Assembly: GCA_963823035.1 (NCBI GenBank)
Contig: CAWGKG010000005.1
Location: 96,001 to 160,000 of the forward strand
DNA: 64,000 bases
DNA from: an uncultured Gemmatimonadales bacterium
Lineage (GTDB): Bacteria > Gemmatimonadota > Gemmatimonadetes > Longimicrobiales > Gaopeijiaceae
Direction: 5' to 3'
The translations under genes were made by a program, and so were the position numbers. This document shows positions 1-14,186 of the stretch, piece by piece. Numbering within the stretch: position 1 is the first letter of the stretch; each line of letters starts with the position of its first letter. The notes beneath the pieces were generated by a model that worked only from the letters and a program-made list of their open reading frames with translations, had not been told where the DNA came from and did no database searches.

Positions 1-1
1 C

Positions 2-1450
2 AAGATCATCAAGCTCAACAAGCGGCGGCGTAACATCGTCGTCTCGCGCCGGGTGATCCTGGAGGCCGAGCGGGAGAAGAAGCGGGAGACGCTGGTCAAG
101 GAGCTGCTGGTCGGTCAGGTGCGCGAGGGCATCGTGAAGAACATCACGGACTTCGGCGCCTTCATCGACCTGGGCGGCCTCGACGGCCTGCTCCACATCA
201 CGGACATGTCGTGGGGCCGCGTCGGCCACCCGTCCGAGGTGGTGGAGATCGGCAAGGCGCTCGACGTGAAGGTCCTCGACATCGACTGGAACCGGGAGCG
301 CATCTCCCTCGGGATGAAGCAGCTCCTGCCCTATCCGTGGACGGACATCGACAAGAAGTACCCGGTCGGCTCGCGCGTCCGCGGCAAGGTCGTGTCGATC
401 ACGAACTACGGCGCGTTCGTCGAGCTGGAGAAGGGCGTCGAGGGCCTGGTCCACATCTCCGAGATGAGCTGGACGCGCAACGTCCGGCACCCCTCGAAGG
501 TGGTGTCGATCGGCGAGGAGATCGAAGCCGTGGTCCTGAAGGTGGACCCCGACGACGAGAAGATCTCGCTCGGCATGAAGCAGATCGAGGAGGATCCGTG
601 GCTCGCGCTGCCGGTGAAGTACCCGACCGGCACCAAGCTCAGCGGCGTCGTGCGCAACCTGACGTCCTTCGGCGCGTTCGTGGAGATCGAGCCGGGGATC
701 GACGGTCTGGTCCACGTCTCCGACATGAGCTGGACGAAGCGCGTCGAGCACCCCTCCGAGGTCGTGCAGAAGGGGCAGGAGGTCGAGGTGATGGTCCTCG
801 ACGTCGACGCCGAGAACAAGCGGATCAGCCTGGGCATCAAGCAGCTCCTGGACGATCCGTGGCCGGGCATCTCGGAGCGCTTCGCGCCCATGGTCGAGAC
901 CGACGGGCACGTCGTCCGCGTCCAGGACAAGGGCGTGGTCGTGGACCTCGGCGACGACATCGAGGGCTTCGTGCCCGCGTCGCACTCGGGCATCGAGGAC
1001 GCCAACCGCCTCGAGGAGTACTACGGCGACGGCGACCCGGTGAGCCTGCGCGTGCTCGAGTCCGACGCCGCGAACCGGCGCATCGTCCTCGAGGTCACGG
1101 AGACGCCCGAGCGCAAGCCGCAGGAGGTCATCGACGCGGCCCGCGCGGCGCGCGAGGCTGCGGCGAGCGGTGGCGAGGGTGGCGAGGAGAAGCCCGAAGC
1201 GAAGCCCGCCGCTCCCGAGGCACCCGCTGCGGAAGGCGAGGCACCCACTACGGAGGCCGAGGCACCTGCTGCGGAGGTCGAGCCGGAGGTGGCGACCGAG
1301 GAGGTCGTCGCCGAGGCGGAAGTGGTGACCGAGGAGGTGGTCGCCGAGGCGGAAGTGGTGACCGAGGAGGTCGTCGCCGAGCCGGAGGGCGAGCCCGAGG
1401 AGGCAGAGGTGGCGGAAGAGGACGAGGACAAGGCCGCCACCGAAGGTTGA
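2..1450 (+). CDS. rpsA: 30S ribosomal protein S1 (5'-truncated by window edge)
   Basis: Repeated S1 domains (GIVKNITDFGAFIDLGGLDGLLHITDMSW, YGAFVELEKGVEGLVHISEMSW). The frame is open from base 2, and there is an acidic C-terminal tail. Confidence 0.97.
   Translation, partial: KIIKLNKRRRNIVVSRRVILEAEREKKRETLVKELLVGQVREGIVKNITDFGAFIDLGGLDGLLHITDMSWGRVGHPSEVVEIGKALDVKVLDIDWNRERISLGMKQLLPYPWTDIDKKYPVGSRVRGKVVSITNYGAFVELEKGVEGLVHISEMSWTRNVRHPSKVVSIGEEIEAVVLKVDPDDEKISLGMKQIEEDPWLALPVKYPTGTKLSGVVRNLTSFGAFVEIEPGIDGLVHVSDMSWTKRVEHPSEVVQKGQEVEVMVLDVDAENKRISLGIKQLLDDPWPGISERFAPMVETDGHVVRVQDKGVVVDLGDDIEGFVPASHSGIEDANRLEEYYGDGDPVSLRVLESDAANRRIVLEVTETPERKPQEVIDAARAAREAAASGGEGGEEKPEAKPAAPEAPAAEGEAPTTEAEAPAAEVEPEVATEEVVAEAEVVTEEVVAEAEVVTEEVVAEPEGEPEEAEVAEEDEDKAATEG
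1295..1381 (+). repeat. 33-bp tandem repeat (~2.6 copies) encoding TEEVVAEAEVV in the S1 tail
   Basis: ACCGAGGAGGTSGTCGCCGAG recurs at 1295, 1328 and 1361. Confidence 0.9.
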
Positions 1451-1488
1451 CCGGTGACGTACCTCGAACCCCGGAGCCGAGGGGAAGC

Positions 1489-3384
1489 ATGACCCCGACT
1501 CGTTGGATCGCCCGGACGCGACTCGCGTCCGGGCGCTTCCTTGTCCCTTGGATCGTCCTCCCTGCGATCCTCCTCCTCGGGTGCCAACCCGTGGCGGTGG
1601 CCTCGGGTGCCGGTCCGTCCGCTCCTCCCTCCTTCCCGGACCCGGTGCTCGCGGAGGGCACGATGTCGCCGGCGGACGCGTCGCGGGCCGCCGAGATGTA
1701 CGCCACGGCCGAGCGCGCCCTCGAAGAAGGGCGGGCGGCCGAGGCGCGCGAGATCGCCGCGCACATCGTCGACGGGTTCCCGTCGGCCCCCGTCTCGGGT
1801 CGGGCGCTCTTCCTCCTGGCGCGCGCCTGCCTGGACGACGGAGCGCCCCAGGCCGCGGACGAGGCGGCCGGTCGCTTCGCGGACCTCCTGACCGAGGGGG
1901 ATCCGCGCGCCGCCGAGGCCCGCATGGTCCAGGCCGAGGCCCGAGACCGGCAGGGAGACGAGGAGGGCCGCCTCGACCGGCTGCTGCACATCGGCCCGGG
2001 GGCCGCGACCAACCTGGTGATCCGCGCCGCGGACGACACGCGCGAGGCCGCCGGCGAGCTCGAACCGGGTGTGCTGGGCGCCGTGCTTGCGCGTACGCCC
2101 GAGGACGCGGTGCTGCGCCCGGTCGCGCTCACGACCTATGCCCTCGCGCTCTCCCGCACGGGCGACGCGGACGGGGCGCGCACCAGCGCCCGCGCGGCAC
2201 TCGCGGCGGGGGCACGAGGAACCGACTCGCTCACCGCCGTGGCGATCGTGGAAGGGCGTCCCGTGTCGGGCTACGACCGCGTGGGACGCGCGCGCTCCCT
2301 CGAGATCGCCTCGGTGCTCCCGACCGGTGGCTCGCCGGGCTTCAAGGAGTTCGCCGGCCTGATCGCGGAGGGCGTCGAGGTGGCCGCCGCGAGCTTCCTC
2401 GACGGCACGGTCGAGGTGCGCGTGGACGCCCGCGACGACCGCGGCGACCCCGCGGTGGCGGCTTCCACGGTGGAGGAGCTCGAGGGCACATCCGTGCTGG
2501 GAGCCGTCGGCTTCCTGGAGGCCGGCGCGCTGGAGGCGGCGGCCCAGGTGCGCAGAGGCCCGATGCCCCTGATCTCGCCCACCGCCCGTACGGCGTACGT
2601 CGACGGGGCCTACACGCTCTCGGGGGCCGATCCCCTCGCCGCCGCCGCGATGGCGCGCTACGCGGCCCGGGAGGGCTTCAAGCGGGTGGCCGTGATCCAC
2701 TCGAAGGCGCCCGAGTCCACCGAGGAGGCCGACGCCTTCGTGGAGGCGCTCCAGGAGACCGGCGTCGCGCTCGCCGGCCGCTTCGAGTACGACGCGGGCG
2801 CCACCTATTTCGGCGACCAGATCCGTGGCGCGCGCGAGGCACTGCGTGCCGAGGAGATCCAGGCGCTCGGGCCTGGGCCCCGACGACACCCTGCACGTGG
2901 AGGTCCTCGAGCCGGTGGCCGTCTTCCTCCCGATTCCCGCCCGAGGACGTGGAGCTGGTGGCGCCCCAGGTGACCTTCTTCGGACTGGACACCCTCGCGA
3001 TCCGCACCCTCGGCACGTCCGGGTGGACGGACGCGCAGACGCTGCAGACCGTCGACCAGCGTCACACCAACGGCGTGGTCGCCACGGCGCCCGGTGGACG
3101 CCGGCCCCGACAGCCCCGGGTACGCGCGCTTCCGCGAGGCGTTCGAGAGCCACTTCCGCCGCACCCTCGTGAGCCCCGTGCCCGCGCTGGGCTACGACGC
3201 CGCGCTCCTCCTCCTGGAGGCGACGCGCAACGGCGCCCGCTCGCCCGCGGACGTGCGCGACGCCCTCGAGCGCGTCCGCGACCTGGAGGGCGCCACCGGG
3301 ACGTTCTCCGTCGTCGACGGCCGCGTGGTGCGCCGCACGCACATCGTCCAGATCGAGCACGGCACCCTCATCCCCGCTGGGTAG
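1489..3384 (+). CDS. Lipoprotein with TPR-like N-terminus and periplasmic-binding-protein (LpoA/ABC substrate-binding-like) domain; frameshifted
   Basis: Lipobox LLLGC and PBP type-I-like motifs ([28 protein letters not shown]). The coding frame switches near 2870, 2940 and 3090. Confidence 0.7.
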
Positions 3385-3400
3385 GAGGCGCCCTCCAGGC

Positions 3401-4951
3401 ATGTCCATCCACGACAAGCTGAAGCGACTGGAAGAGCTGAGCCGCCAGGCCGAGCAGGGGGGTGGCGAGGCGCGCATCGCCGCGCAGCACGAGCGCGGGA
3501 AGCTGTCGGCGCGCGAGCGGATCGACCTCCTGCTCGACGCCGACTCCTTCGTGGAGCTCGACCGCTTCGTCACCCATCGCTCCACCGACTTCGGCCTCGC
3601 GGACAGGAAGTTCCTCGGCGACGGCGTCGTCACCGGCTACGGGACGATCCACGGCCGGCTGGTCTACGTCTTCAGCCAGGACTTCACCGTGTTCGGCGGC
3701 TCCCTCTCCGAGGCGCACGCCGAGAAGATCGTGAAGCTCCAGGAGATGGCGCTCAAGAACGGCGCGCCCATCGTCGGCCTCAACGACTCCGGAGGCGCGC
3801 GCATCCAGGAGGGCGTGGTCAGCCTGGGCGGCTACGCGGACATCTTCCTGCGCAACACGTTGGCGAGCGGCGTCATCCCGCAGATCAGCGTCATCCTGGG
3901 CCCGTGCGCCGGCGGCGCCGTCTACTCGCCGGCGATCACCGACTTCGTCTACATGGTGCGTGGCACGAGCTACATGTTCGTGACGGGTCCCAACGTCGTG
4001 AAGACGGTCACGCACGAGGACATCGACATGGAGGGGCTGGGCGGGGCGGACGTGCACGCCTCCAGGTCCGGGGTGGCCCACTTCGCGCACGACTCGGAGC
4101 CCGAATGCCTCGAGGCGGTGCGGGCGCTCTTCCCCTTCATCCCGCAGAACAACACCGAGCTTCCCCCCACCCTCGAGACCACCGATCCGGCGGATCGGCA
4201 GGACGAGAAACTGCTCGAGGTCGTACCGGACAACCCCAATCGCCCCTACGACATGCACGAGGTGATCCGGCACGTCGTGGACGACGGGGCGTTCTACGAG
4301 GTCCACGCAGGATTCGCCGGCAACATCCTCGTCGGCTTCGCCCACCTGGGCGGCCATCCGGTCGGCGTCGTGGCCAACCAGCCCTCCGTCCTCGCCGGCG
4401 TGCTCGACATCGACTCGGCCGACAAGGGCGCACGCTTCGTCCGCTTCTGCGACGCCTTCAACATCCCGCTCGTCGTCTTCGAGGACGTCCCCGGCTTCCT
4501 TCCCGGCGTCACCCAGGAGCACGGCGGCATCATCCGCCACGGCGCGAAGCTCCTCTACGCCTTCAGCGAGGCCACCGTCCCCAAGGTGACCGTCATCACC
4601 CGCAAGGCGTACGGGGGCGCCTACGACGTGATGAACTCCAAGCACGTGCGCGGTGACGTCAACCTGGCCTGGCCGCAGGCGGAGATCGCCGTCATGGGCC
4701 CGAAGGGCGCGGTCGAGATCCTCTTCCGCAAGGAGATCGCCGAGGCCGACGACCCGGAAGCGGCCACGGAGGCGCGCATCCAGGAGTATCGCGACACCTT
4801 CGCCCACCCCTACGTCGCCGCCGCCCGCGGCTACGTGGACGACGTCATCGACCCGCGCGAGACCCGCCCGCGCCTGGTGAGCGCCCTCGACATGCTGCGC
4901 AACAAGCGGGACGAGAACCCGCGCAAGAAGCACGGCAACATCCCGCTGTAG
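3401..4951 (+). CDS. pccB: Acyl-CoA (propionyl-CoA) carboxylase carboxyltransferase beta subunit
   Basis: Motifs [38 protein letters not shown] and C-terminal KKHGNIPL. Confidence 0.95.
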   Translation: MSIHDKLKRLEELSRQAEQGGGEARIAAQHERGKLSARERIDLLLDADSFVELDRFVTHRSTDFGLADRKFLGDGVVTGYGTIHGRLVYVFSQDFTVFGGSLSEAHAEKIVKLQEMALKNGAPIVGLNDSGGARIQEGVVSLGGYADIFLRNTLASGVIPQISVILGPCAGGAVYSPAITDFVYMVRGTSYMFVTGPNVVKTVTHEDIDMEGLGGADVHASRSGVAHFAHDSEPECLEAVRALFPFIPQNNTELPPTLETTDPADRQDEKLLEVVPDNPNRPYDMHEVIRHVVDDGAFYEVHAGFAGNILVGFAHLGGHPVGVVANQPSVLAGVLDIDSADKGARFVRFCDAFNIPLVVFEDVPGFLPGVTQEHGGIIRHGAKLLYAFSEATVPKVTVITRKAYGGAYDVMNSKHVRGDVNLAWPQAEIAVMGPKGAVEILFRKEIAEADDPEAATEARIQEYRDTFAHPYVAAARGYVDDVIDPRETRPRLVSALDMLRNKRDENPRKKHGNIPL

Positions 4952-5059
4952 CGCCGACCCCTGGTGCGCCGACGTCGGGCGCCCGGACAACCCCCCGCAC
5001 GTCCCTTCGCATCCCATGGGTGGCTGGCGAGTTCGGCACAACCTGGTGGGAGGACGACG

Positions 5060-6093
5060 ATGAAGACGATGCGACGGCCTGGATGGACGCGCGCGGAGCA
5101 CGCTCGTCACCGGAGCGATGGCGCTGGCTGCGCTGCTGGCGACCACGGTGGCGGCGGCACAGGACCGGTCGGCCGGCGATCGCGACGCGTGCCGCTGCGT
5201 GGACCGCGACGGGAAGGAGATCTCCGACTGCACCTGCCTGCGCAGCCGCACCACGAACGACCTCGTCCGGGGACTCGCCCTCTACCGCGGCGCGCGGGCG
5301 CGCCTCGGGATCACCGTGTCCACGGAGCAGGGCGCCGAGCTCGACGCGCGCGGCGCCCGCGTGCAGTCGGTCACGCCCGACGGCCCGGCGGACGACGCGG
5401 GCATCGAGGAGGGCGACGTCGTCACCCGTGTGGACGGGCACAGCCTGCTCGAGGCCCTCGACGCCGACACGGAGCGCGACTTCGACCTCGACCGGTCGGT
5501 CCCCGTCCAGCGGCTGCTCGCGATCTCGCGGGGCCTCGATCCCGGTAAGGAGGTGGAGGTCCAGGTACGAGCGCGACGGACAGACGCGCACGGTCACCGT
5601 CGAGGCCCGCGACCTGGCCGGGTGGACCGACTTCGGCGTGGTGGGTCCGGGGTGGGACCGCCAGGAGATGGCGGATCGGGTGCGCGCGCTCGGCGATCGC
5701 ATGCGCGAGTACCGCTTCCAGGCGCCCAGCGGAGGGGAGGGCCTCCACTTCTGGTCGGACTCGACCTCGTCGCCGCGCGTGCGCCTCATGACCTCACCCG
5801 ACGCCGGCGTGTACCTCTTCGGGCGAACGGACGGCCTGGAGCTGCTCGAGCTGAACGAAGGGTTGGCGGGCTACTTCGGGGTGTCCGGGGGCGTGCTGGT
5901 GACCGACGTTCCCGAGGACTCGCCGCTCGGGCTGCAGCCCGGTGACGTCGTCCTCGCCGTCGGTGACCGCGATGTGGACGGACCCGGGCATCTCCGACGG
6001 ATCCTGCGGAGCTACCAGGACGACGAGCCCATCACCTTCCGCATCATGCGCCACGAGCGGGAGATGAGCGTCCAGGGGCGTCTCTCGCCCTGA
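5060..6093 (+). CDS. Secreted PDZ-domain protein; frameshifted
   Basis: Two PDZ-like segments (ARLGITV...GPADDAGIEEGDVV; GVLVTDV...GLQPGDVVLAVG) split across frames. RBS GGAGG precedes ATG 5060. Confidence 0.7.
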
Positions 6094-6155
6094 ACCTCGT
6101 GCACCTCGTGCGCGGCCGCCCGTCCCACTGACATCCGGGCGCGTCGCGGACGACC

Positions 6156-6190
6156 GGGGTGGGGTCCTCCGGGCCCCACCCCATCTTTTC
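6156..6190 (+). terminator. GC-rich hairpin with T-tract, likely intrinsic terminator
   Basis: GGGGTGGGGTCC-TCC-GGGCCCCACCCC followed by ATCTTTT. Confidence 0.5.
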
Positions 6191-6310
6191 GCCCACCGCC
6201 CCGAGCTCCGGCCCCGCGCGGGGTTTCCCCCTCCGGCGCCGGGAGCGTAAGTTCCGGGCCCGGAACCCCGAAGGCCCGTCTCCCAACGCCTTTTCCACGA
6301 TCCGCCACCT

Positions 6311-7813
<1,503 letters not shown>

Positions 7814-7817
<4 letters not shown>

Positions 7818-9109
7818 GCGCTCGACCCTCGGCGAAAGGGGGTGGCGCCCTGGAGCGCGTGCGTATCCGCGCGCTCGCTTCGAGCGGGGCGGGGGTCGCG
7901 GACCTCCCGGACGGGCGGGTGGCCTTCGTGCCCCGCACGGCGCCGGGCGACGTCGCCGACGTCCGCGTCGTGCGCGTGCGCAAGCGGTGGGCCGAAGCGA
8001 CGCTCGTCGATCTCGTGGAGCCCGCTCCCGAGCGGGTGGAGCCGGCCTGTCCGCTCTTCGACCGCTGCGGCGGATGCGCGCTGCAGCACCTGGACTACGC
8101 CGCGCAGCTCGCCTGGAAGGGGCGCTTCGTGGCCGACGCGCTGCTGCGCATCGGTGGCATCGAGATCGAGCCGCCGGCCGTCACGCCCTCGCCGCTCCGG
8201 ACGAGGTACCGGAACCGGCTCACCTTCACGGTGCGGCGGCTCCGCACCGGTCGCGTCGTGGCCGGCTTCCACGCCCTCGGGGACCCCGACCGGATCGTCG
8301 ACGTGCGGGGCGAGTGCCTCCTTCCCGAGCCCGGAATCCTCGAGGCCTGGACCGCTCTGCGCGCCACCTGGCGACCCGGGTCGCCGTGGCCCCTCCCGAG
8401 CGCGCGCGAGCTGCGCCTGACGCTGCGCGCCGTGGACGAGGGCGCCCTCCTCGTCGTGCGCGGGGGGCGGGAAGGATGGGATCCGGGCGACCTGATCGAA
8501 CGCGTCCAGGCGATCCGCGCGGTCTGGCACCAGCCCGAGAATCGAGCGCACGCCCGGCTCGTGGCCGGCGCGCAGCTCCACGAGTCGCGGGGCGAGGAGC
8601 GCCTCCTCGTGGGCGGGCACGCCTTCCTCCAGGTGAACCGCGATGCGGCCGCTTCGCTCGTCGCGCACGTGCTGGACCGGTCGGGGTCGGGCGAACGCGC
8701 CGTCGACGCGTACGCCGGCGTAGGGGTCTACGGGCGGGCGCTGGCAGGTGCGGGGTGGCGCGTGACCGGGATCGAGCGTGACCGCGAGGCGTGCGCCGCC
8801 GCCCGACACGACCCGCCGGACGGCTTCGAGATGGTGGAGGGCGCCGTCGAGGCGTGCCTGGACGCATCCCTCCCCGCCGACCTGGTGATCCTCAACCCGC
8901 CCCGCACCGGCGTGGCGGAGGAGATTCCCGGGATCCTCCTCCGCCACCGCCCGCGCCGCGTGATCTACGTGAGCTGCGACCCGGCCACCCTCGCGCGGGA
9001 CGCGAAGCGGATGGCCCCGACCTACGCGCTCGTCGACGCGCGTGCGTGGGATCTCTTCCCGCAGACGGTCCACGTCGAGACCGTGGCCGTCTTCGAGGCG
9101 GAGCGCTGA
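7814..9109 (+). CDS. rlmD: 23S rRNA (uracil-5)-methyltransferase RlmD/TrmA family with TRAM domain
   Basis: TRAM N-terminus, [10 protein letters not shown] [4Fe-4S] motif, [23 protein letters not shown] and [10 protein letters not shown]. The GTG start overlaps the accC TGA (GTGA). Confidence 0.85.
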
Positions 9110-9627
9110 TGCGCTGGTTCGTGACGGTGGGCGAGCGGACGTTCGAGGTCGAGCTCGGCCCGGACGGCGTCCTGGTGGACGGGACGCCGATGGAAACGGA
9201 CCTCGCGCACGTGGAGGGCACCGGGCTGCACAGCCTGATGCTGGACGGTGCCTCCTACCGCCTGCTCGCGAGCCGGGACCGAGGGGGGACGTGGGAGTTG
9301 CACCTGCGCGGGCGGCGCTACCGGGCGGAGGCCATCGACGAGCGCACGCGCGTCATCCGCGAGATGACCGGCGCGCCCTCGGGGCCGGGCGGTCCCAAGC
9401 CGATCCGCGCCCCGATGCCGGGCCTGGTCGTGAAGGTGGAGGTGGAGGAAGGCGACGCGGTCGAGGCGGGCCGGGGGATGGTGATCGTCGAGGCGATGAA
9501 GATGGAGAACGAGCTCAAGGCCGAGGTGGCCGGCGTGGTGGCGCGCATCCACGTCGAGCCGGGGCAGGCCGTCGAGAAGGACCAGATCCTCGTCGACTTC
9601 GTCGCACCCGAGGAGGAGGAGGGATGA
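9109..9627 (+). CDS. Biotin carboxyl carrier protein
   Basis: APMPGLVV and the EAMKMENE biotinylation motif. Confidence 0.93.
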   Translation: MRWFVTVGERTFEVELGPDGVLVDGTPMETDLAHVEGTGLHSLMLDGASYRLLASRDRGGTWELHLRGRRYRAEAIDERTRVIREMTGAPSGPGGPKPIRAPMPGLVVKVEVEEGDAVEAGRGMVIVEAMKMENELKAEVAGVVARIHVEPGQAVEKDQILVDFVAPEEEEG

Positions 9628-11174
9628 CGGACGACCGCGGGTGGGTGACGGACAGCGACATCCCCGTCGATCGTGTCTACGGCCCCCCGGGCGCGGAGGG
9701 CGAGGAGCCGGCCGCCTTCCCGTTCACGCGCGGCGTCTACGCGGACATGTACCGCGGCCGGGTCTGGACCATGCGCCAGTATGCCGGGTTCGGCACCGCC
9801 GAGGAGACCAACGCACGCTTCCGATACCTCCTCGAGCGCGGGCAGACGGGGCTGTCGGTGGCCTTCGATCTCCCCACGCAGATGGGCTACGACTCCGACG
9901 CCGCGATGGCGGCCGGCGAGGTCGGGCGGGTGGGCGTGGCCATCGACTCGCTCGAGGACATGCGCGCGCTCTTCCGGGAGATCCGCCTCGACCGCGTGTC
10001 GACGTCGATGACGATCAACAGCACGGCCGCGATCCTCCTGGCGCTGTACGTCGCGCTGGGCGACGAGCAGGGTGTGCCGCGCTCGGAGCTCTCCGGCACG
10101 GTGCAGAACGACGTGCTCAAGGAGTACGTCGCGCGCGGCACGTACATCTACCCGGTGGCCCCGTCGCTTCGCCTCGTCTCCGACATCCTCGCGTTCTGCG
10201 CGCGGGAGGTGCCGCGCTGGAATCCCATCTCCATCTCCGGCTACCACATCCGTGAGGCGGGCTCGACGGCCCCCCAGGAGGTCGCCTTCACCTTCGCCAA
10301 CGGCCTCGAATACGTGGACCAGGCGCTGGCGCGCGGCATCGAGCTGGAGGCCTTCGCGCCGCGCCTGTCGTTCTTCTTCGCCGCGCACAACGACTTCCTG
10401 GAGGAGGTGGCGAAGTTCCGCGCGGCACGCCGCCTGTGGGCGCGCCTCATGCGCGAGCGCTACGGCGCGTCGGATGCCTCCGCGCGCCTGCGCTTCCACA
10501 CGCAGACCGGCGGCTCGACGCTCACGGCGCAACAGCCCCTGAACAACGTGGTGCGCGTCGCCGTCCAGGCGCTCGCGGCCGTTCTGGGGGGCACGCAGTC
10601 CCTGCACACGAACGGCTACGACGAGGCCCTCGCGCTCCCGACGGAGGAGTCCGCGCGCATCGCGCTGCGCACGCAGCAGATCCTCGCCTCCGAGTCCGGT
10701 GTGGCGCGCACGGTCGATCCGCTCGGCGGCTCCTGGTTCGTGGAGGCCCTCACCGACGAGATCGAGAGCCGGGCGCGCGGCTACCTCGAGCGCATCGAGG
10801 AGCTCGGCGGCGCGGCGCGGGCGATCGACTTCATGCAGGAGGAGATCCACAGGGCCGCCTACGCCTGGCAGAAGGACGTGGAGTCGGGGGCGCGCTCCGT
10901 GGTGGGCGTGAACGTCCACGCGGAGGAGGAGGGCCCACCCCGCATCGGCCAGCCCGACTACGGCGCCCTGGAGCGCGGTCAGCGCGAGGCCCTCGCCGCC
11001 CGGCGGGGCGCACGCGACGGCGAGGACGTGCGCGCCGCGCTCGCCGCCGTGGCCGAGGCGGCACGCGGGAGCGACAACCTGATGCCCCCGATCATCCGCG
11101 CCGTGAAGGCCGACTGCACGCTCGGCGAGATCAGCGACGTCCTGCGCAGGGAGTGGGGCAGCTACGACGCCTGA
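9624..11174 (+). CDS. Methylmalonyl-CoA mutase, N-terminal (catalytic) subunit
   Basis: Motifs [50 protein letters not shown] and GGTQSLHTN. Confidence 0.93.
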   Translation: MTDDRGWVTDSDIPVDRVYGPPGAEGEEPAAFPFTRGVYADMYRGRVWTMRQYAGFGTAEETNARFRYLLERGQTGLSVAFDLPTQMGYDSDAAMAAGEVGRVGVAIDSLEDMRALFREIRLDRVSTSMTINSTAAILLALYVALGDEQGVPRSELSGTVQNDVLKEYVARGTYIYPVAPSLRLVSDILAFCAREVPRWNPISISGYHIREAGSTAPQEVAFTFANGLEYVDQALARGIELEAFAPRLSFFFAAHNDFLEEVAKFRAARRLWARLMRERYGASDASARLRFHTQTGGSTLTAQQPLNNVVRVAVQALAAVLGGTQSLHTNGYDEALALPTEESARIALRTQQILASESGVARTVDPLGGSWFVEALTDEIESRARGYLERIEELGGAARAIDFMQEEIHRAAYAWQKDVESGARSVVGVNVHAEEEGPPRIGQPDYGALERGQREALAARRGARDGEDVRAALAAVAEAARGSDNLMPPIIRAVKADCTLGEISDVLRREWGSYDA

Positions 11175-11252
11175 CGGTGGTAGTCGCAACCCCCTCTGTT
11201 GGTTACGTTTCTGGGCTGTTGTCACCCAACGGTTCCACGCCGCCAGGCAGCC

Positions 11253-11540
11253 ATGCCCACGTACGAGTACCGCTGCCCCGAAGGGCACGAGTTCGAGGTC
11301 TTCCAGCGGATCTCCGACGATCCGGGGGCGAAGTGTCCGGAGTGCGGGCGCCCCGCCGAGCGTCAGATCTCCGCCGGCGCCGGCTTCCTCTTCAAGGGAG
11401 AGGGGTTCTACATCACCGACTCCCGGAGCCAGGACTACAAGAAGAGGGCCTCCTCGGAGAAGGGCGGCGGCGACGCGAAGGCGGAGCCGGCGAAGGCGCC
11501 CGAGAAGAAGCCCCCGTCGACGTCGGGAGAGGGCTCCTGA
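11253..11540 (+). CDS. FmdB-family zinc-ribbon protein
   Basis: MPTYEYRC...CPECG...FKGEGFYITD. Confidence 0.88.
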   Translation: MPTYEYRCPEGHEFEVFQRISDDPGAKCPECGRPAERQISAGAGFLFKGEGFYITDSRSQDYKKRASSEKGGGDAKAEPAKAPEKKPPSTSGEGS

Positions 11541-13241
11541 GCGAGGCGGCGCAGGACGCCATCCGCGCGGCGCTGGAGAAGGCGCTCGCGGAGCTCGGCG
11601 TGGACGACGTGCGCATCGGCATGGAGCGCCCGCGCGACCCCTCGCACGGGGATGTCGCCACGAACGTCGCGCTCACGCTCGCGAAGCGGCTCGGGCGGCC
11701 CCCCCGGCAGATCGCGGAGGAGCTCGCCGGCCGACTCGACCTCGAGGCCGCCGGCGTCACCGCGGTGGAGGTGGCGGGCCCGGGCTTTCTGAACTTCCGC
11801 CTGAGCGCAGGCACCGTGGCCTCCGTCCTCGACACGATCCTCGAGGCGAACGAGGCGTTCGGGCGCACCGACGGCGGCCAGGGGCAACCGCTCATGGTCG
11901 AGTTCGTCTCGGCCAACCCGACCGGCCCGCTCCACCTGGGGCACGGTCGCCAGGCCGCCCTCGGCGACGCCATCGCCTCGCTCATGGACTGGACCGGGTG
12001 GAAGGTCCACCGCGAGTACTACTACAACGACGCGGGCCTGCAGATGGACCGCCTCGCCGAGAGCGTGCGGGCTGCGGTATCAGGAGCTTCACGGCCGCGA
12101 CGTGGAGATCCCCGAGGGCGGCTATCGCGGCGAGTACGTGAGGGAGATCGCGCAGGCGTTCGCCGAGCGGGACGGCGACCGCTGGCTCGACGACGACTCG
12201 ACCGAGGCGCTCGACGCCATGCGCCACTACGCCGTGGACGTGCTGCGCGCCGAGCAGGACCGGGACCTCGGCGAGTTCCGCGTCCACTTCGACCACTACT
12301 TCCTCGAGTCGTCGCTCTACGACGCCGGGAAGGTCGACGAGACCGTGGAAGCGTTGCGCGCGACCGGACACGTCTACGAGAAGGACGGCGCCATCTGGCT
12401 GCGCACGACCGAGTTCGGGGACGACAAGGACCGGGTGATGATCCGGGGCAACGGCGCCCCGACGTACTTCGTGCCGGACGTGGCCTACCACATGGACAAG
12501 TGGGGACGCGGCTTCCACCGCGTCATCAACGTCCAGGGCTCGGACCACCACGGCACGGTGGCGCGCGTGCACGCCGGCCTGCGCGCGCTCGGCTGCCCCG
12601 AGGGGTATCCCGAGTACGTCCTCCACCAGATGGTGCGCGTGGAGCGGGACGGGAAGGAGGTCAAGGCCTCCAAGCGTGCCGGCGCCTACACCACGCTGCG
12701 CGAGCTCTTCGAGGAGGTGGGCGTGGACGTCGCGCGCTACTTCCTGCAGATGCGCAAGCCGGACAGCCACCTGGTGTTCGACCTGGACGTGGCGCTCGAC
12801 CAGTCCGACAAGAACCCCGTCTACAAGGTCCAGTACGCCCACGCGCGCATGTGCTCGATCTTCGCGAGGGCGGGCCTCGCGCCGGAGGAGATCGACACGG
12901 ACGGCGTCGACCTGGCGCTGCTGACCCACGAGCTCGAGCGGGAGCTGGTGAAGCACCTCGGCGAGTTCCCGGAGACGGTGGTGCGGGCGGCCGAACAGGC
13001 GGCCCCGCACGTGGTGTGCGACTACCTCGAGCAGACCGCCGGCGCGGCCAATTCGTGGTACCACGCGGGCAATCCCACGCGCAACCCCGACCTCGCCGTC
13101 CTCGTGGACGATCCCGCCCTCCGCGCCGCCCGCCTCGTCCTGGCACGCGCGCTCCAGATCGTCCTGCGGAACGGCCTGGCGCTCCTCGGCATCGAAGCCC
13201 CACAGCGCATGGATCGCGCCGTGGACGACGACGCCGCCTGA
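11537..13241 (+). CDS. argS: Arginine--tRNA ligase; frameshift near 12080
   Basis: HGDVATN, EFVSANPTGPLHLGHGR (HIGH-like), EYYYNDAG and VQYAHAR. Confidence 0.93.
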
Positions 13242-13259
13242 TTCCCCAACCCCCCGGTC

Positions 13260-14186
13260 ATGTCCATCCTCTGTGTCGGCAGCGTGGCGCTGGACTCGGT
13301 CGAGACGCCCTTCGGCAAGGCCGAGCGCGTTCTCGGCGGCTCCGCGGTCTTCTTCTCCGCCGCCGCCACCGTGTTCAGCCCCGTACGGGTCGTGGGCGTG
13401 GTGGGGGACGACTATCCGCTGGGCGACCTCGACTTCCTGCGCGCGCGGGGGGCGGACCTGGCGGGCGTCGAGAGGGCTCCGGGCGAGAGCTTCTTCTGGG
13501 CCGGCCGCTACCACTACGACCTGAACTCACGGGACACGCTGGCGACGCGCCTGGGCGTGTTCGCGGACTTCCAACCGAGGATCCCCGAGGGCTTCCGGGA
13601 CTCGCGCTTCGTCTTCCTGGGCAACATCGATCCCACGCTCCAGCACCAGGTCCTCGACCAGGTGGACGCCCCCGATGTGGTGGCGTGCGACACGATGAAC
13701 TACTGGATCGAGGGCAACCGCAAGGAGCTGCTCGCGCTGCTCGAGCGGGTGGACATCCTGATGGTGAACGACGCCGAGGCGCGGCAGCTCGCCGACGAGC
13801 CGAACCTCCTGAAGGCGTCGCGTTGGATCCGCGACCGGGGCCCGACCACCGTCGTGGTGAAGAAGGGCGAGCACGGAGCGATCCTGTTCGCCGACGGATG
13901 GGTGTTCTTCGCGCCCGGGTACCCCCTCGAGGTGGTCTTCGACCCCACCGGGGCGGGCGACGCCTTCGCGGGCGGCTTCATGGGCTACCTGGCGTCCGTC
14001 GGCTCGATCGACGCCGACGACCTGCGGCGCGCCATGGTCTTCGGCTCGGCGATGGGCTCGTACGCGGTGGAGGACTTCAGCGTGGACCGCTTCAGGACGC
14101 TCGAGGCCTCCGACGTCGCCGAGCGGGTGCGGGAGTTCCGGGAGATGACCGCCTTCGAGGCGCGCGTGGACGGGCACCGTGTCTGA
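13260..14186 (+). CDS. PfkB-family carbohydrate/nucleoside kinase
   Basis: GSVALD, GGSA, KKGEHG and the DPTGAGDAFAGG signature. Confidence 0.92.
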   Translation: MSILCVGSVALDSVETPFGKAERVLGGSAVFFSAAATVFSPVRVVGVVGDDYPLGDLDFLRARGADLAGVERAPGESFFWAGRYHYDLNSRDTLATRLGVFADFQPRIPEGFRDSRFVFLGNIDPTLQHQVLDQVDAPDVVACDTMNYWIEGNRKELLALLERVDILMVNDAEARQLADEPNLLKASRWIRDRGPTTVVVKKGEHGAILFADGWVFFAPGYPLEVVFDPTGAGDAFAGGFMGYLASVGSIDADDLRRAMVFGSAMGSYAVEDFSVDRFRTLEASDVAERVREFREMTAFEARVDGHRV

